Assembly (NCBI GenBank): GCA_963713855.1
Contig: OY970209.1
Location: 320,001 to 384,000, forward strand
DNA: 64,000 nucleotides
From: an uncultured bacterium
GTDB taxonomy: Bacteria > Babelota > Babeliae > Babelales > Babelaceae
Direction of reading: 5' to 3'
Shown: in pieces, positions 20,651 to 31,083 of the stretch
Layout of the letters: the number at the start of each line of letters is the position of its first letter
Position numbering within the stretch: position 1 is the first letter of the stretch
Notes under the pieces: model-generated
What the model was told of the DNA's origin: nothing
Databases searched by the model: none
The model's input: only the letters and a program-made list of their open reading frames with translations
Made by a program: the position numbers and the translations under genes

Positions 20651-20708
20651 TGAAAACCAAATTTATTTTGACAACATTAAAAATTTGTAAAGCGCAAATC
20701 TAGCAGTG

Positions 20709-21443
20709 CTAGATAACTGCGTTATTGCTATCCAGCTCACCAGCTCTAGAGCTGGTGGGAGAATTCCGCGAATTCTTGTTAAAATCTTTAAGCCAATAGT
20801 CAAGATTGTGAGTTTGGGTTGTCACCGATTTATCATACTGTAGCGTTTGCCAGCTATAGGTAATTGAAAGCGCGGATTTTTCGTAGCCAAGTTTATGCCA
20901 TAATGGTGTTAAAGACCGATAGTTTTCTGGTTTTAAAGGATGTGCCTCATAGCTTTCTGTTACAAAGCAGCAAGCTGTAAAATGTAATCTTTTTGCATAC
21001 TCCTCAATAGCCGCGAAAAGTTTTCTTGCAAGGCCCTTGCCTCGATGCTTGGGCACAACGATAACTTCAGAAACGTAGTAATAAGAACTTGGCTTTAATC
21101 CAGCACTTTCAAACAACTCGATTGAACCTTTAAAGTGCTCATCGTAGTTACAAAATGGTGCTCCCGTTATAAATCCCACAGGCTCATCTTTTAAATAAGC
21201 AACAACTACAGCACTGTTTGGTAACTTTGTTAACCAATCGAGGTACACCTTTTCTTCATCGATAGAGCCCTCATATAAGTAGGGATATTCGCGAAAATAA
21301 GTGAGCCGCAGATTTGAGACGAATGGAAGAACGTCCTTACTCTCATTCACCAAAAGAAGCCTAACGTCAAAAGATTCCGGTTGCGCTCTTAACAAGAAGC
21401 TGTTCGCCAAATAGAAGCTTAAACAAGTAATTTTTTTAAGCAT
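20709..21443 (-). CDS. GNAT acetyltransferase with N-terminal signal-like segment
   Basis: LRLTYFREYPYLYEG, SEVIVVPKHRGKGLA acetyl-CoA motif, LWHKLGY. Confidence 0.88.
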   Translation of the reverse strand: MLKKITCLSFYLANSFLLRAQPESFDVRLLLVNESKDVLPFVSNLRLTYFREYPYLYEGSIDEEKVYLDWLTKLPNSAVVVAYLKDEPVGFITGAPFCNYDEHFKGSIELFESAGLKPSSYYYVSEVIVVPKHRGKGLARKLFAAIEEYAKRLHFTACCFVTESYEAHPLKPENYRSLTPLWHKLGYEKSALSITYSWQTLQYDKSVTTQTHNLDYWLKDFNKNSRNSPTSSRAGELDSNNAVI

Positions 21444-21669
21444 GCATACTTCCAGAGTCCATATTAGTTAACATAAACGTTACCAAAACCGTGCGGATTA
21501 ACAATATACACACTTTTATCTAAAAACACTCGAAATTTATAAACCTAGTCAATCAAACTGATCACTCGATCTTACATCGGGCAACACTGCACCGGAGAAT
21601 AAATTCTTGTTTTTAAAGCTAACAATATGGTATATTCAGATTAATAATTTAATTCAAATAGGAGTCTTA

Positions 21670-22047
21670 ATGATGAATAGCATTAAAGTCAGTATGATGA
21701 TCATGGCAGGCATGTTCTTAAGCGTTCCTCAAAGCCTATTTTCGACTGGGGCTCTTTTTTTTAAAAATGCGAGCAGAAGTCAAACTGTAGAAGTAACCGT
21801 TGATTATGACTACCCCAAGATCTGCAAAGCTGACCAATTGACCCTAGGCCCATTTTATCAAGAAGTGATCCATCGCCCGCTTTTAAAGCCCAAAAGCTGG
21901 TGCCCAATAGCAAAAATTACTCTTAAGCGCGAGGATATAGCTCCTATGGTGCTCACTTCGAAAGAGCTGCCATTTACAGGTGACGTGTGGATCGAGATTG
22001 ACAATGATGAAGTTAAGGTCGAGCCGATTGATTGGGGCGCTGAATAA
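21670..22047 (+). CDS. Secreted hypothetical protein
   Basis: AGGAG SD; signal peptide; beta-rich mature part with a Cys pair. Confidence 0.65.
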   Translation: MMNSIKVSMMIMAGMFLSVPQSLFSTGALFFKNASRSQTVEVTVDYDYPKICKADQLTLGPFYQEVIHRPLLKPKSWCPIAKITLKREDIAPMVLTSKELPFTGDVWIEIDNDEVKVEPIDWGAE

Positions 22048-22128
22048 GAGTTTTTACATTAGTTTCGTGGGGGCGGCACCCTTACGTCAGCCCCATCAAT
22101 TTTTCAGGAATCAAAGTTGTTGTTAACA

Positions 22129-22587
22129 CTACTTTCTGGCTTTTAACTTCTGAGAAATTTTAACAAAATCACTCGAATCTTTCTCAGACAATGATTCAAA
22201 GAATTTCATGTCAGACTTCTCAACGGCGGGTAATGCTTTGCTCAAAATGTTAAATCCCCGCTCAGTTAATGAAGGATTTTTGCTTCTTTCATTTACAGAC
22301 CTTGTCCTTTGTATAAGGTTTTTAAGTTCCAATCCCCGTATTATCTGAGATGTTGTATTAGGATCTAACCCGCTCGCTTTGCTAATATCTATTTGATTAA
22401 TAGTCCTTCCCTCCCTTGTAAGCCAAGCAGTCGTTGCAAGCACAACAAATTGAGGATGAGTAAGATCAAAAGGCTTTAACGTCTTTTCGATGTTACTTCT
22501 CCAGGCAAGGCTTACATGCCACAATAAATAGCCGGGGCTTTCTTCGGGGCCTTTAAACAGCGTTAACTTCTCGATAGTATTGCTCAT
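22129..22587 (-). CDS. MarR-family transcriptional regulator
   Basis: SPGYLLWHVSLAWR, LTHPQFVVLA, wHTH TSQIIRGLE..LIQR, LTERG. Confidence 0.92.
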   Translation of the reverse strand: MSNTIEKLTLFKGPEESPGYLLWHVSLAWRSNIEKTLKPFDLTHPQFVVLATTAWLTREGRTINQIDISKASGLDPNTTSQIIRGLELKNLIQRTRSVNERSKNPSLTERGFNILSKALPAVEKSDMKFFESLSEKDSSDFVKISQKLKARK

Positions 22588-22606
22588 AAATCAATATCTA
22601 AATTTT

Positions 22607-22978
22607 TTAAGCACTCTTGTGCATTTTATAGACTCTTATTCGGTGACCATCTGGATCTAGAAATACAAACGTACGCCCAAAGTCCATGTCAGTCGGATCC
22701 TGAGCAATAGTAACTTCTTTTTTTCCCAAAAATTCGTACATTTTATCCACATCATCCGCTGGAAAACAAAGTTCCATGGCCCCCGCTGCAACTTCTACTC
22801 TAGGCTCTGCAGTATACCATGACCAAAGGCCAAGCTTAACTCCGTTTTCTAGAACAAATAACGCGAAAGTAGGCGATTTTTCGACCGGTTTTAAACCGAG
22901 AATATCACTATAAAATGTTGCGCTTATTTGCGGGTTTTCAACAAACAGAAGGACATATCCTATACTGTGTTTAAACAT
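22607..22978 (-). CDS. VOC/glyoxalase-bleomycin-resistance family protein
   Basis: SATFYSDILG, PTFALF, MDFGRTFVFLDPDGHRIRV. Confidence 0.92.
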   Translation of the reverse strand: MFKHSIGYVLLFVENPQISATFYSDILGLKPVEKSPTFALFVLENGVKLGLWSWYTAEPRVEVAAGAMELCFPADDVDKMYEFLGKKEVTIAQDPTDMDFGRTFVFLDPDGHRIRVYKMHKSA

Positions 22979-23022
22979 AACATTCTCCCTAAGAAAAAAT
23001 AGTAAAACAAATCATACGTATA

Positions 23023-23050
23023 AATATAATACGTATACGTATAATGTCAA
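23023..23050 (-). promoter_or_regulatory. Sigma70 promoter with palindromic operator in the spacer (likely MarR site)
   Basis: Minus strand TTGACA-16-TATATT; perfect palindrome ATACGTATACGTAT at 23029-23042. Confidence 0.7.
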
Positions 23051-23398
23051 GCAAAAAAAGAAGCACTGAACAATACCTCATGGAATGCATTCCAGATTAT
23101 TAATCGATCACCTCGAGTTTTCGTTTTCGCTACTTAAGATTTATTGCAGCTATTTAGTAATAGTAAGCGTCGGTAGAGCACACAACCAGCTGCGTTGCCC
23201 TCTTTGACTATTCTGTAATATTCGCTATTATCTATATCGTTCAGCTTTTTATCAAACATATTCGGTATGAATTACAGTCAAATTTTTCTGAGCTACACTA
23301 ACTTTTCTCTTCTACTCCCGTAAGGGGGTATCTTTTACTTTTTTAACTTATCTACTTTTTTGAGTTCGTTATAATTACCCATCGTTAGGGAGCTTTTT

Positions 23399-23818
23399 AT
23401 GTTTGAAAATAGAATTGTTGCAGTCTTGAATGAAAAAATAGAGCCGGGTGTTGCATTAAACGCTGTAGCTCACATGTCTTTCGGAATTGGTGCATATCTA
23501 GGCAAGGAAAACGCGCTTCTGAGCGAATATATTGATTCAGAAGGCAATTTTCACTCGCGGCTAACCCAAATGCCAATAATTATTCTTAAAGCAAACAATA
23601 ATAAGATCAAAGAAACAGTCAAGGCTGCGAAAGAACAGGGAATCTACTTTGTCGATTTTATTGACACTATGAGATTGCCAGGCGGAGGAACCTACGTTGA
23701 ACAAATCGACGAAACCAAAAAGAAGAAATTTGATGAGCTGACCTATTTTGGGGTCATGCTTTTTGGACCCAGTGAAAAGGTTTCGCCGTTGACCAGAAAA
23801 TTTTCCTTATGGAAATGA
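23399..23818 (+). CDS. DUF2000-family protein (PTH2-like fold)
   Basis: GVALNAVAHMSFGIG, YIDSEGNFH, PIIILKA, ELTYFGVMLFGP...LTRKFSLW. Confidence 0.82.
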   Translation: MFENRIVAVLNEKIEPGVALNAVAHMSFGIGAYLGKENALLSEYIDSEGNFHSRLTQMPIIILKANNNKIKETVKAAKEQGIYFVDFIDTMRLPGGGTYVEQIDETKKKKFDELTYFGVMLFGPSEKVSPLTRKFSLWK

Positions 23819-24282
23819 AAAGTTGGAAAGTTTTAACATGTCCTCTTTTATTTCACTCTTTGCTTTTATGTCAGCTCAATGCGATATTGCTGGATGCTAA
23901 CGTAATAACGAGCGAGCAATACATTGCGAAGAGAAAATTGTGCGTTAAGGTTTACAATGATACCCCCTTTCCTGTCGAAGTAAGACTGGGGGTATTGAAA
24001 TTGGCATGGAACAAAACGCTCTTCAAGGAAATAGTTGGAGGAAATCTTTTTTTTAAAGAAAAGCATATCAAGCCTCAAGAAAGAGCTGAACTAAGCTTCT
24101 CTTACGAAGTCTTCGAGGATGAGAATATAAGAAATCAGGATTTACCGATTCTTGAAATTGAAAAAGACCTTGAGCACGCGACTGCCACTCTAAAGCGAAC
24201 AGACAAATGTACCGAGATTACAGTCTCTCAAGTATACAAAGAACAGCTTGAGCGCAAAAAAAGTCTGGCAAGCTTGCGCTAA
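23809..24282 (+). CDS. Secreted hypothetical protein
   Basis: Overlaps DUF2000 stop; signal-like N-terminus ending LNA. Confidence 0.6.
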   Translation: MEMKSWKVLTCPLLFHSLLLCQLNAILLDANVITSEQYIAKRKLCVKVYNDTPFPVEVRLGVLKLAWNKTLFKEIVGGNLFFKEKHIKPQERAELSFSYEVFEDENIRNQDLPILEIEKDLEHATATLKRTDKCTEITVSQVYKEQLERKKSLASLR

Positions 24283-24420
24283 CAATAAGCCGTTTATATA
24301 TGAGACCCATCAATTGGATTGCGAGCGTAATTCATTCATTAATTAAACTCACTTGGCCTGGAGAATATTTCCGTCAATAGTTTACTAGAACGTAAAGTGA
24401 TATTGAGATTCCCATAATAC

Positions 24421-25383
24421 CTATGCCCCCAAGACTGGCCCACAATATACAGGCGGGCACAACTCAGTATCATCTAACTTAACTTGAGGCATCAGTATTG
24501 CTACAGTTACGCTTGCAGAACAGCTCGGGCCATTCACATTGCTTATAGCGCAAAAGGGAGCGTTTTCCGAACAAGTCACTGCAACTGGCCTCCATTGAGG
24601 TGAAGGATGAGATACTCCTTTGTTAAAATCTGCTGTATCGACCGAAAACACAGTTACGTCGCCTGAGCCGTTAGCAGTTATAAGACAATTGTCATATGCG
24701 GAGTAATCCATTGATCGTGGATCATTAGATCCAGAGGGTAAATCAGAAGAAGTGCCTTGATTTGGCATTCCTTCAGTAACGATAAATACGGTAACATCGT
24801 TTGAAGCTGCATTAGACGTGGCAAGGTGCCCATCGGACGAAAATTGAATGGTTACCGGTGCTATCGATGAGGGGGGGGTAAAGCGTATGAAATACCTTTA
24901 CCAAGCTTTCCATCCTTTACAGGAAATATCGTTATAGCTGAGGAATCTTTGTTTGATGTCACAAGAAATAATCCATCGGGCGAAAATTTCAATGAACCTG
25001 CATGACTCGAGCCCGGGGGCAATCTATAGAGCTCGCGTGCATTTAATGTACCTTCCCAATTAATCGTAAACACAACAACGTGATCACCATTAGCTGTGGC
25101 AAGAAGTCTACCGTCAGGTGAAAATGATATTGCAAGTGGATTACTGGAACCCGGGTGCAAAGGATAGGCAGTACCATTGCTTAATATCCCATTAATGAGA
25201 GTAAACAGATTCACGTTCAAAGAGTTAAAGTTTGCGGTAGCTAGATAATTATTTTTTGAAGCAATTGCATTGGGGCAAGGAACATCGGGATGTAACGGAT
25301 AGGTTTGTTAAAGGTGAAAAGGCACAACTATTAGATAAAGCAGTGCAGGTAAAAGTAAGCATTAAGCTTAACAGAATAAGCAT
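24421..25383 (-). pseudogene. Frameshifted secreted beta-propeller (lactonase/WD40-like) gene
   Basis: Signal peptide from ATG 25383; blades Y-x-LP-x-GSxxP..FSPDG..LATAN in three frames; shifts near 25305 and at G8 24871-24878. Confidence 0.75.
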
Positions 25384-25707
25384 TTATTACGTCCTTTAAA
25401 AAACCGATTTAATTCTTTTTCAAAGAGTTGTCGAGCAAACGCTACCACCGGATTTTGATCTTGGCAATTCTCGAGTAGATTGACCAATACTACCTTGCAA
25501 ATTATCCATCACTTAATCGAATAATTTTACATGCAATTCTTCGTTGAGCGTCAAAATGCCACTTTAAGCCACAAGTATCAAGTAATTGACGGGCTACGGA
25601 GAAACATTAATACTTTTTTGGGTCAACGCTGATTACGCTTATTTTGTCAAATATAATTTTTAACTATATAATTGTTGCACAAGCATCGACGAGAATATGG
25701 GTTATCT

Positions 25708-27063
25708 ATGAGATTGAAAACGTGCTCTATACTAGAAAGCATACTATTTGCGATAGTGGTTTCTTGGAGTTCTATGGAGCTTGCAATGGAACATCATCGC
25801 GATAGCCGCGACCTTAATAGCTCAACGACATCTACCCATAAAAAGTCCTCGAAGTCTTTCAAAAAAGCAAAGAGGCGCACACAAACTCATCACCAAAACT
25901 ACGGCGACAAGCCACTTCACCTAGCAGCCATGAACGGCGATGAAAAAGCTATTGTCGATTTGATAGCCACTGATCATTCTCTAAGCGATGTAAATAGCAT
26001 GGGTGAGGTGCCTTTACATCTTGCAGCACTTGCTGGCAAGGTGGAGCTCATTGAAACATTTATAGAAAGTGGCGTTGACGTTAACGTCCCAAGGACCGAT
26101 GGAGAAACACCCTTACACCTTGCAGCGCTTAAGGGCCAGGATGAAGCAATAGAAATCCTCATTAAACATGGCGCTCTAGTTGATGCTGAAAGATATGATA
26201 GAGAGACGCCATTGCATTTAGCATGTCTTACTGGTCAAGGAGGAGCAATAAAAAAGCTACTAGATCATGACGCAAACATTGATGCTCGCAATAAGCGCGG
26301 TCAAACGCCCTTGCATTTAGCAGCACTGAATCGTCATAAAAAGGCGATGAAAATGCTAATAAAAGCGGGCGCAGATATTAATTGTATTGACGCAAAAGGT
26401 CAAACTCCCCTCGATCTTGCCAGAACAAACAAAGAGCTTGCTAGCTGGATACGTTTACGCGGTGGTCAATCAGCATATGAACTATCTTTGGCGCGAGATG
26501 ATAACCAAGAGCAAGAGAGCAATGCCAAGGATTGTTGGGTTACACCTGCTCATAAGTGTCATGGGCGTCGCATACCGCAGCGCGCCCAAGAAGTTGCCCC
26601 TAATAACAAAATTGGCCTTCATGTGAAAAAAGAAAAAGAAATAGTCCAGTCCAAAAAAGGCATCGGGGAAAAAACAGCTTCATCAGTGTTGAAAAAAGGG
26701 GCAGAAAAAGGAAAACAGCTATCAAAGAACAAGGTAAGGCAGGCTAAACGCCAAGAGTTAACACACCAGCAACAATTACCCGATGTTCAGCCAGTCAAGG
26801 GGGGAAGCCCGGCACCAAAACCAACTGTTATGCCAGATGCAACTCTAAAAGACGCTGCTCAACACCGATTACCCCTACAAACTCAGGATGAGACTATTAA
26901 GCCAAGGGCCCAAGGATCTAGTGCCTTTGCAAGGTGGAAAAAGTGGCTTGGTCTTGGCGTTTTGACAGCGGCTGCTGGCTGGATGGCCAAAGAGGCGTAT
27001 GATAGAGCGCCGATGAATAAGGCCGCACTAAACGATACACTGGAGTCAACGCCATCAGCCTAA
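25708..27063 (+). CDS. Ankyrin-repeat protein with Lys-rich linker and C-terminal TM anchor
   Basis: Five to six GxTPLHLAA repeats; WLGLGVLTAAAGWMA near the C-terminus. Confidence 0.92.
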   Translation: MRLKTCSILESILFAIVVSWSSMELAMEHHRDSRDLNSSTTSTHKKSSKSFKKAKRRTQTHHQNYGDKPLHLAAMNGDEKAIVDLIATDHSLSDVNSMGEVPLHLAALAGKVELIETFIESGVDVNVPRTDGETPLHLAALKGQDEAIEILIKHGALVDAERYDRETPLHLACLTGQGGAIKKLLDHDANIDARNKRGQTPLHLAALNRHKKAMKMLIKAGADINCIDAKGQTPLDLARTNKELASWIRLRGGQSAYELSLARDDNQEQESNAKDCWVTPAHKCHGRRIPQRAQEVAPNNKIGLHVKKEKEIVQSKKGIGEKTASSVLKKGAEKGKQLSKNKVRQAKRQELTHQQQLPDVQPVKGGSPAPKPTVMPDATLKDAAQHRLPLQTQDETIKPRAQGSSAFARWKKWLGLGVLTAAAGWMAKEAYDRAPMNKAALNDTLESTPSA

Positions 27064-27162
27064 AGACCAACATTTCAGATGCCTGACTAGAGTAAACGTT
27101 GCTTGACTTATTCGCTCAATCGACCATAATGAATTACTACTAGTATATTTATATGGAGCTTT

Positions 27163-27570
27163 ATGAAAAAATCGTATCTTTTACTAACTCTTATGGCAGC
27201 TTTGGCATACTCTGTATCTGCTAGATCGGAAAACAAGATTGTATCCTTAGAAGAAGAAATACAACAATTGGAGCAAGAACTTACTCAAACTGACCAAAAG
27301 CTCAAAGATGTGGAAAGACGAGGGGATGAAATTCAAAAACACTACGAAGAAGGACAGCACAACGGCCTCTTGACACTAAAAAATCGCGAGATACAAAGCC
27401 TCGTGAATGAGCAAGATGCTCTTTTAGAAAAGAGGGAAAAAATCGTCGAGAAACTCAACGGCAAGTACCGCACATCATCTCTAAAAAGATTTAATAAGTT
27501 TGCCGCAATAGCCGGCGTATCAACACTTGTTGTTGGCCTTATTACCCTGATAGCCTCGTGTCGCAGGTAA
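27163..27570 (+). CDS. Secreted coiled-coil protein with C-terminal TM anchor
   Basis: Signal peptide ending VSA; heptads; FAAIAGVSTLVVGLITLIA then CRR. Confidence 0.75.
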   Translation: MKKSYLLLTLMAALAYSVSARSENKIVSLEEEIQQLEQELTQTDQKLKDVERRGDEIQKHYEEGQHNGLLTLKNREIQSLVNEQDALLEKREKIVEKLNGKYRTSSLKRFNKFAAIAGVSTLVVGLITLIASCRR

Positions 27571-27753
27571 AATAACCTAACTCGTTTTTCTAGCTAGAGT
27601 GCATTTAGAGTTTCCCATTACAGAATTATCATAGGTAAAACGCAGATTCTTCGTTTAAAGAGCTCAGCACCGTATTGATAGTGGTTGACATATCAGTTTA
27701 TTCTTTGATACTTTTGCAAACAATATATGTAGTTGGCAAGGACCGGAATCTGC

Positions 27754-29385
27754 ATGGCAAAAGACGCTGAGAATGTAAGAGAGGTTACTTATCAGCTTCT
27801 GCGAGAAGTTGGTATCAAAACAGTTTTTGGAAATCCTGGATCAACGGAAGAACCCTTTCTGAAAAATTTTCCATCAGATTTTCGTTATGTGCTAGGCCTT
27901 CAGGAAGCATCAGTAATAGCTATGGCTGATGGTTTTGCTCAAGCGACGGGCGGACCTGCATTAGTAAATATCCACACTTCAGGGGGATTAGGAAACGCCA
28001 TGGGCAACCTAATCACGGCCTATCAAAACAAAACCCCACTAATTGTAACTGCTGGCCAACAAACACGTGAAATGTTACTCATAGAGCCCATGCTCACAAA
28101 CGTGACTGCCACAAGCGTACCGCGTACATGGGTAAAATGGACTTATGAACCAGCACGCGCCCAAGACGTTCCTGCAGCCTTCATGCGCGCGATCGCAACG
28201 GCTTTGCAACCACCGGCTGGTCCAGTTTTTCTTTCTCTTCCAATGGATGATTGGGAAAAACCTTGCACGAAAGCAGTGGTACGTACCGTAAGCCGCCGTT
28301 GCGCTCCAGATCCCCAGCGCCTAGAAGACTTTGAAAAAATCTTACATCAAGCATCATCGCCTGTACTCGTTTATGGCGCCGCCATAGATAGGAATAACGG
28401 CTGGAAGCAGGCAATTACCTTTGCTGAGATGATCGGAGCTCCAGTGTGGGCAGCACCGCTATCTGAACGTGTCTCTTTTCCTGAAAATCACCGCCTTTAC
28501 TGCGGTGTTTTACCGCCAGCTATCGGTCTGCTTTCAAAAAAATTGGAAGGCCATGACCTTGTACTCGTGGTCGGTGCACCAATATTTCGTTACTACCCTT
28601 ATGTAGCAGGATCATATTTGCCGAATGGCGCACGCTTGCTGCATCTGACAGATGATCATTCGGAAGCTGCTCGTGCACCGGTTGGAGATAGCCTACTGGG
28701 CGATGTTGTTTTATCTTTGAGTGGCCTCATTGAATTGTTAAGCAAAAATAAGTTAAAAGTAACCAAATCCAAAATCATGGATTGCACGAAACCTGATGCA
28801 ACGTATTCGATAAAAACATCAGACGATGGCCTTCTTACAGCTAGCCAAGTGTTTAATGCTCTGAACGCTGTAAAACCTGATAACGCTGTTTTGATCGAAG
28901 AGTCGCCTTCGAATCTTGCCGAATTACGCATGCAATGGCCAATTACTAAACCGGCCTCTTTTTTTACGTTTGCAAGTGGCATACTGGGTTGGGGTCTACC
29001 CGCATCCGTAGGAATCGCGCTTTCAGAGCGCGACTCTGGAAGCAACCGCCCAATTATTCTGATAATTGGCGACGGCTCATTGCAATATTCTATTCAGGCG
29101 CTCTGGACGGCAGCGCAACTAAATCTTCCAATTTTGATCGTTGTTATGCGTAACGGTGAATATGCGATTCTCAAATCTTTTGCAGAGCACGAAAATACTC
29201 CAGGTGTGCCAGGCCTAGATCTTCCAGGCCTAGATATAGTGTCTCTTGCTAAAGGGTATGGCTGCGATGCCACTCGCTTGGATACTCTAGACGGTATTAA
29301 GAAAGCTGCGCGGGAAGCATTTAATAAATCCAAGCCAACAGTCCTTGAGATTCCTATTTCTCCCAAATTGATCCCCTTAATTTAA
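27754..29385 (+). CDS. mdlC: Benzoylformate decarboxylase-family ThDP enzyme
   Basis: VFGNPGSTEEPFL, GLQEASVIAMADGFAQ, NIHTSGGLGNAMG, GDGSLQY...NGEY, PGLDLPGLD. Confidence 0.88.
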   Translation: MAKDAENVREVTYQLLREVGIKTVFGNPGSTEEPFLKNFPSDFRYVLGLQEASVIAMADGFAQATGGPALVNIHTSGGLGNAMGNLITAYQNKTPLIVTAGQQTREMLLIEPMLTNVTATSVPRTWVKWTYEPARAQDVPAAFMRAIATALQPPAGPVFLSLPMDDWEKPCTKAVVRTVSRRCAPDPQRLEDFEKILHQASSPVLVYGAAIDRNNGWKQAITFAEMIGAPVWAAPLSERVSFPENHRLYCGVLPPAIGLLSKKLEGHDLVLVVGAPIFRYYPYVAGSYLPNGARLLHLTDDHSEAARAPVGDSLLGDVVLSLSGLIELLSKNKLKVTKSKIMDCTKPDATYSIKTSDDGLLTASQVFNALNAVKPDNAVLIEESPSNLAELRMQWPITKPASFFTFASGILGWGLPASVGIALSERDSGSNRPIILIIGDGSLQYSIQALWTAAQLNLPILIVVMRNGEYAILKSFAEHENTPGVPGLDLPGLDIVSLAKGYGCDATRLDTLDGIKKAAREAFNKSKPTVLEIPISPKLIPLI

Positions 29386-29630
29386 TCAAATTTTCATTTA
29401 ATTGCGCTTATTTTTATAAATTGGGTGGATTTTTGAACATTGCCTTAAGGAAAAGTAAGCTCAAATCGTTTAATCGATAAATAGCTTTTAGAATGAAAAG
29501 AATAACCATTTTCTTCTACTTGGTTACCGATCAGTCTGCTCACGGGTTCAAAAAGTGTGACAGTGAGCGCTATAAGCTAATACCCAATCAGATTCTAGAG
29601 AATTAATTCTTTTGGTAGAACCCTATGGCT

Positions 29631-30806
29631 CTAGTTAATCTGCGGCTTTTCGCTTAGGTCATGCTTTTTTAAGCATTCCCGTAGATAGAGTTGTGTTTCA
29701 GGAAAACTTGGGTTACGTTCGGTCAGAAACGGTTTTACTTGATAGGTCAATTCATGATGTTCCAGAGTGGAACGTCTTTGTTCGGGATCAAGCTGCGCAT
29801 AAACTAAATCGCTCCGGCCTTGCTTAATCAATTGATCACAAGCAAAAAGATCCGCTTCGCGCTCCCCCAAACGGTAATAGGGGTTTTCCAAAAGAATATC
29901 AATGGCCTTAATTATTATAATGCCAAGTATATAAGCAGCCAATCCAAAAGCTCCTTGAAGATAAAGAAAACCGCCAGCTATATATCCAGGTATTCCAGTC
30001 ATCTGCACCTTAATAGCATGATCATGGTAAAGGTGTCCAATCTCATGATATAATGTAAATGCATCAAAGCTATCGGCGTTAAAAAATAGTGATGACAAAA
30101 CGATGACCCTAAATGGGGGAATTAGCATGGCCACAGCGGCATAAGGCGCATCAACATCAGGATTTTCCAAGACCATCACATCATGAGGATAATCGACTTT
30201 CTTAAGCGCACGCGCAACTCGTCGCCGATTGAGACGCGATGCTTCTTTATAACCCGCTGCTAAAAAAGCTTTCTTTACAAACTCACGCGCTTTATCATAG
30301 CCAACATTCAAAACATAAGGCACGATCGCAAAAATGTTACTTACTTCAATAGTACCAAGCCCCGAAAGTATATACTGTAAATATGACATAGTCTCGGTGC
30401 TCTTTACTGGATCCGCTATATCTTTTGATCTCAAATGTTTGCCGGTTTTACTCTCCCACTCGGTGCTGCGAGCCTTTACAATACCTTCAAATTGCTCTGC
30501 AAGCTCTTTGGCTGGACTTTGTAAGTAAAAGTAGTTTGACAGCTTAAATAAGACTCGATTAGCTTCACGAGCGATGTCCTCGTCATAGTTTGGTTGCTTT
30601 TGATACTCATTGAGCGCACTTTCAAGTTGTTCATGGATCTCATTTGCCCGTGGTTGTCCAACCGTGAAGATAATCTTCTTGGTTTGTGCCACATCAAGGA
30701 AGGTTTGAGCAAACTTGATCAATTGTGTAAGGCGCGATGAGATCGTAAAGTTTTCTTGAGCGCTTAGAAAGGAACAGGCGAATAAAAACAATAAAACATA
30801 TCTCAT
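29631..30806 (-). CDS. Secreted/membrane M48-like zinc metalloprotease
   Basis: Signal peptide; HEIGH zinc motif, TM segments, EREADLFA third-ligand motif. Confidence 0.78.
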   Translation of the reverse strand: MRYVLLFLFACSFLSAQENFTISSRLTQLIKFAQTFLDVAQTKKIIFTVGQPRANEIHEQLESALNEYQKQPNYDEDIAREANRVLFKLSNYFYLQSPAKELAEQFEGIVKARSTEWESKTGKHLRSKDIADPVKSTETMSYLQYILSGLGTIEVSNIFAIVPYVLNVGYDKAREFVKKAFLAAGYKEASRLNRRRVARALKKVDYPHDVMVLENPDVDAPYAAVAMLIPPFRVIVLSSLFFNADSFDAFTLYHEIGHLYHDHAIKVQMTGIPGYIAGGFLYLQGAFGLAAYILGIIIIKAIDILLENPYYRLGEREADLFACDQLIKQGRSDLVYAQLDPEQRRSTLEHHELTYQVKPFLTERNPSFPETQLYLRECLKKHDLSEKPQIN

Positions 30807-31083
30807 TGAAATCTCTCTCTAAATTGCAATAATCGATTATAAATGCATCATATCAGATATCAATTTCAAATTTCAATATATTGCGCTTCGATTTGGCTAT
30901 AGGACAAAGTTACAAAGAGCTCCCCCGAGACAAAAAACAACTAAGATGTCCTATGAGTGCTATTTATCATTATGATTTTGTTTCTTGAAATAAGCTTTTG
31001 CGTTGATTTAAGGTGTCTGATATAGGCGTGGTAGTAATTTGGGTTAATTATAAAGTCGGGGCTTTCCCGCGCAAGGGGTGATT

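Noticed and set aside
29209..29235. Direct repeat CCAGGCCTAGAT x2
   Set aside because: Encodes the conserved PGLDLPGLD of the MdlC family
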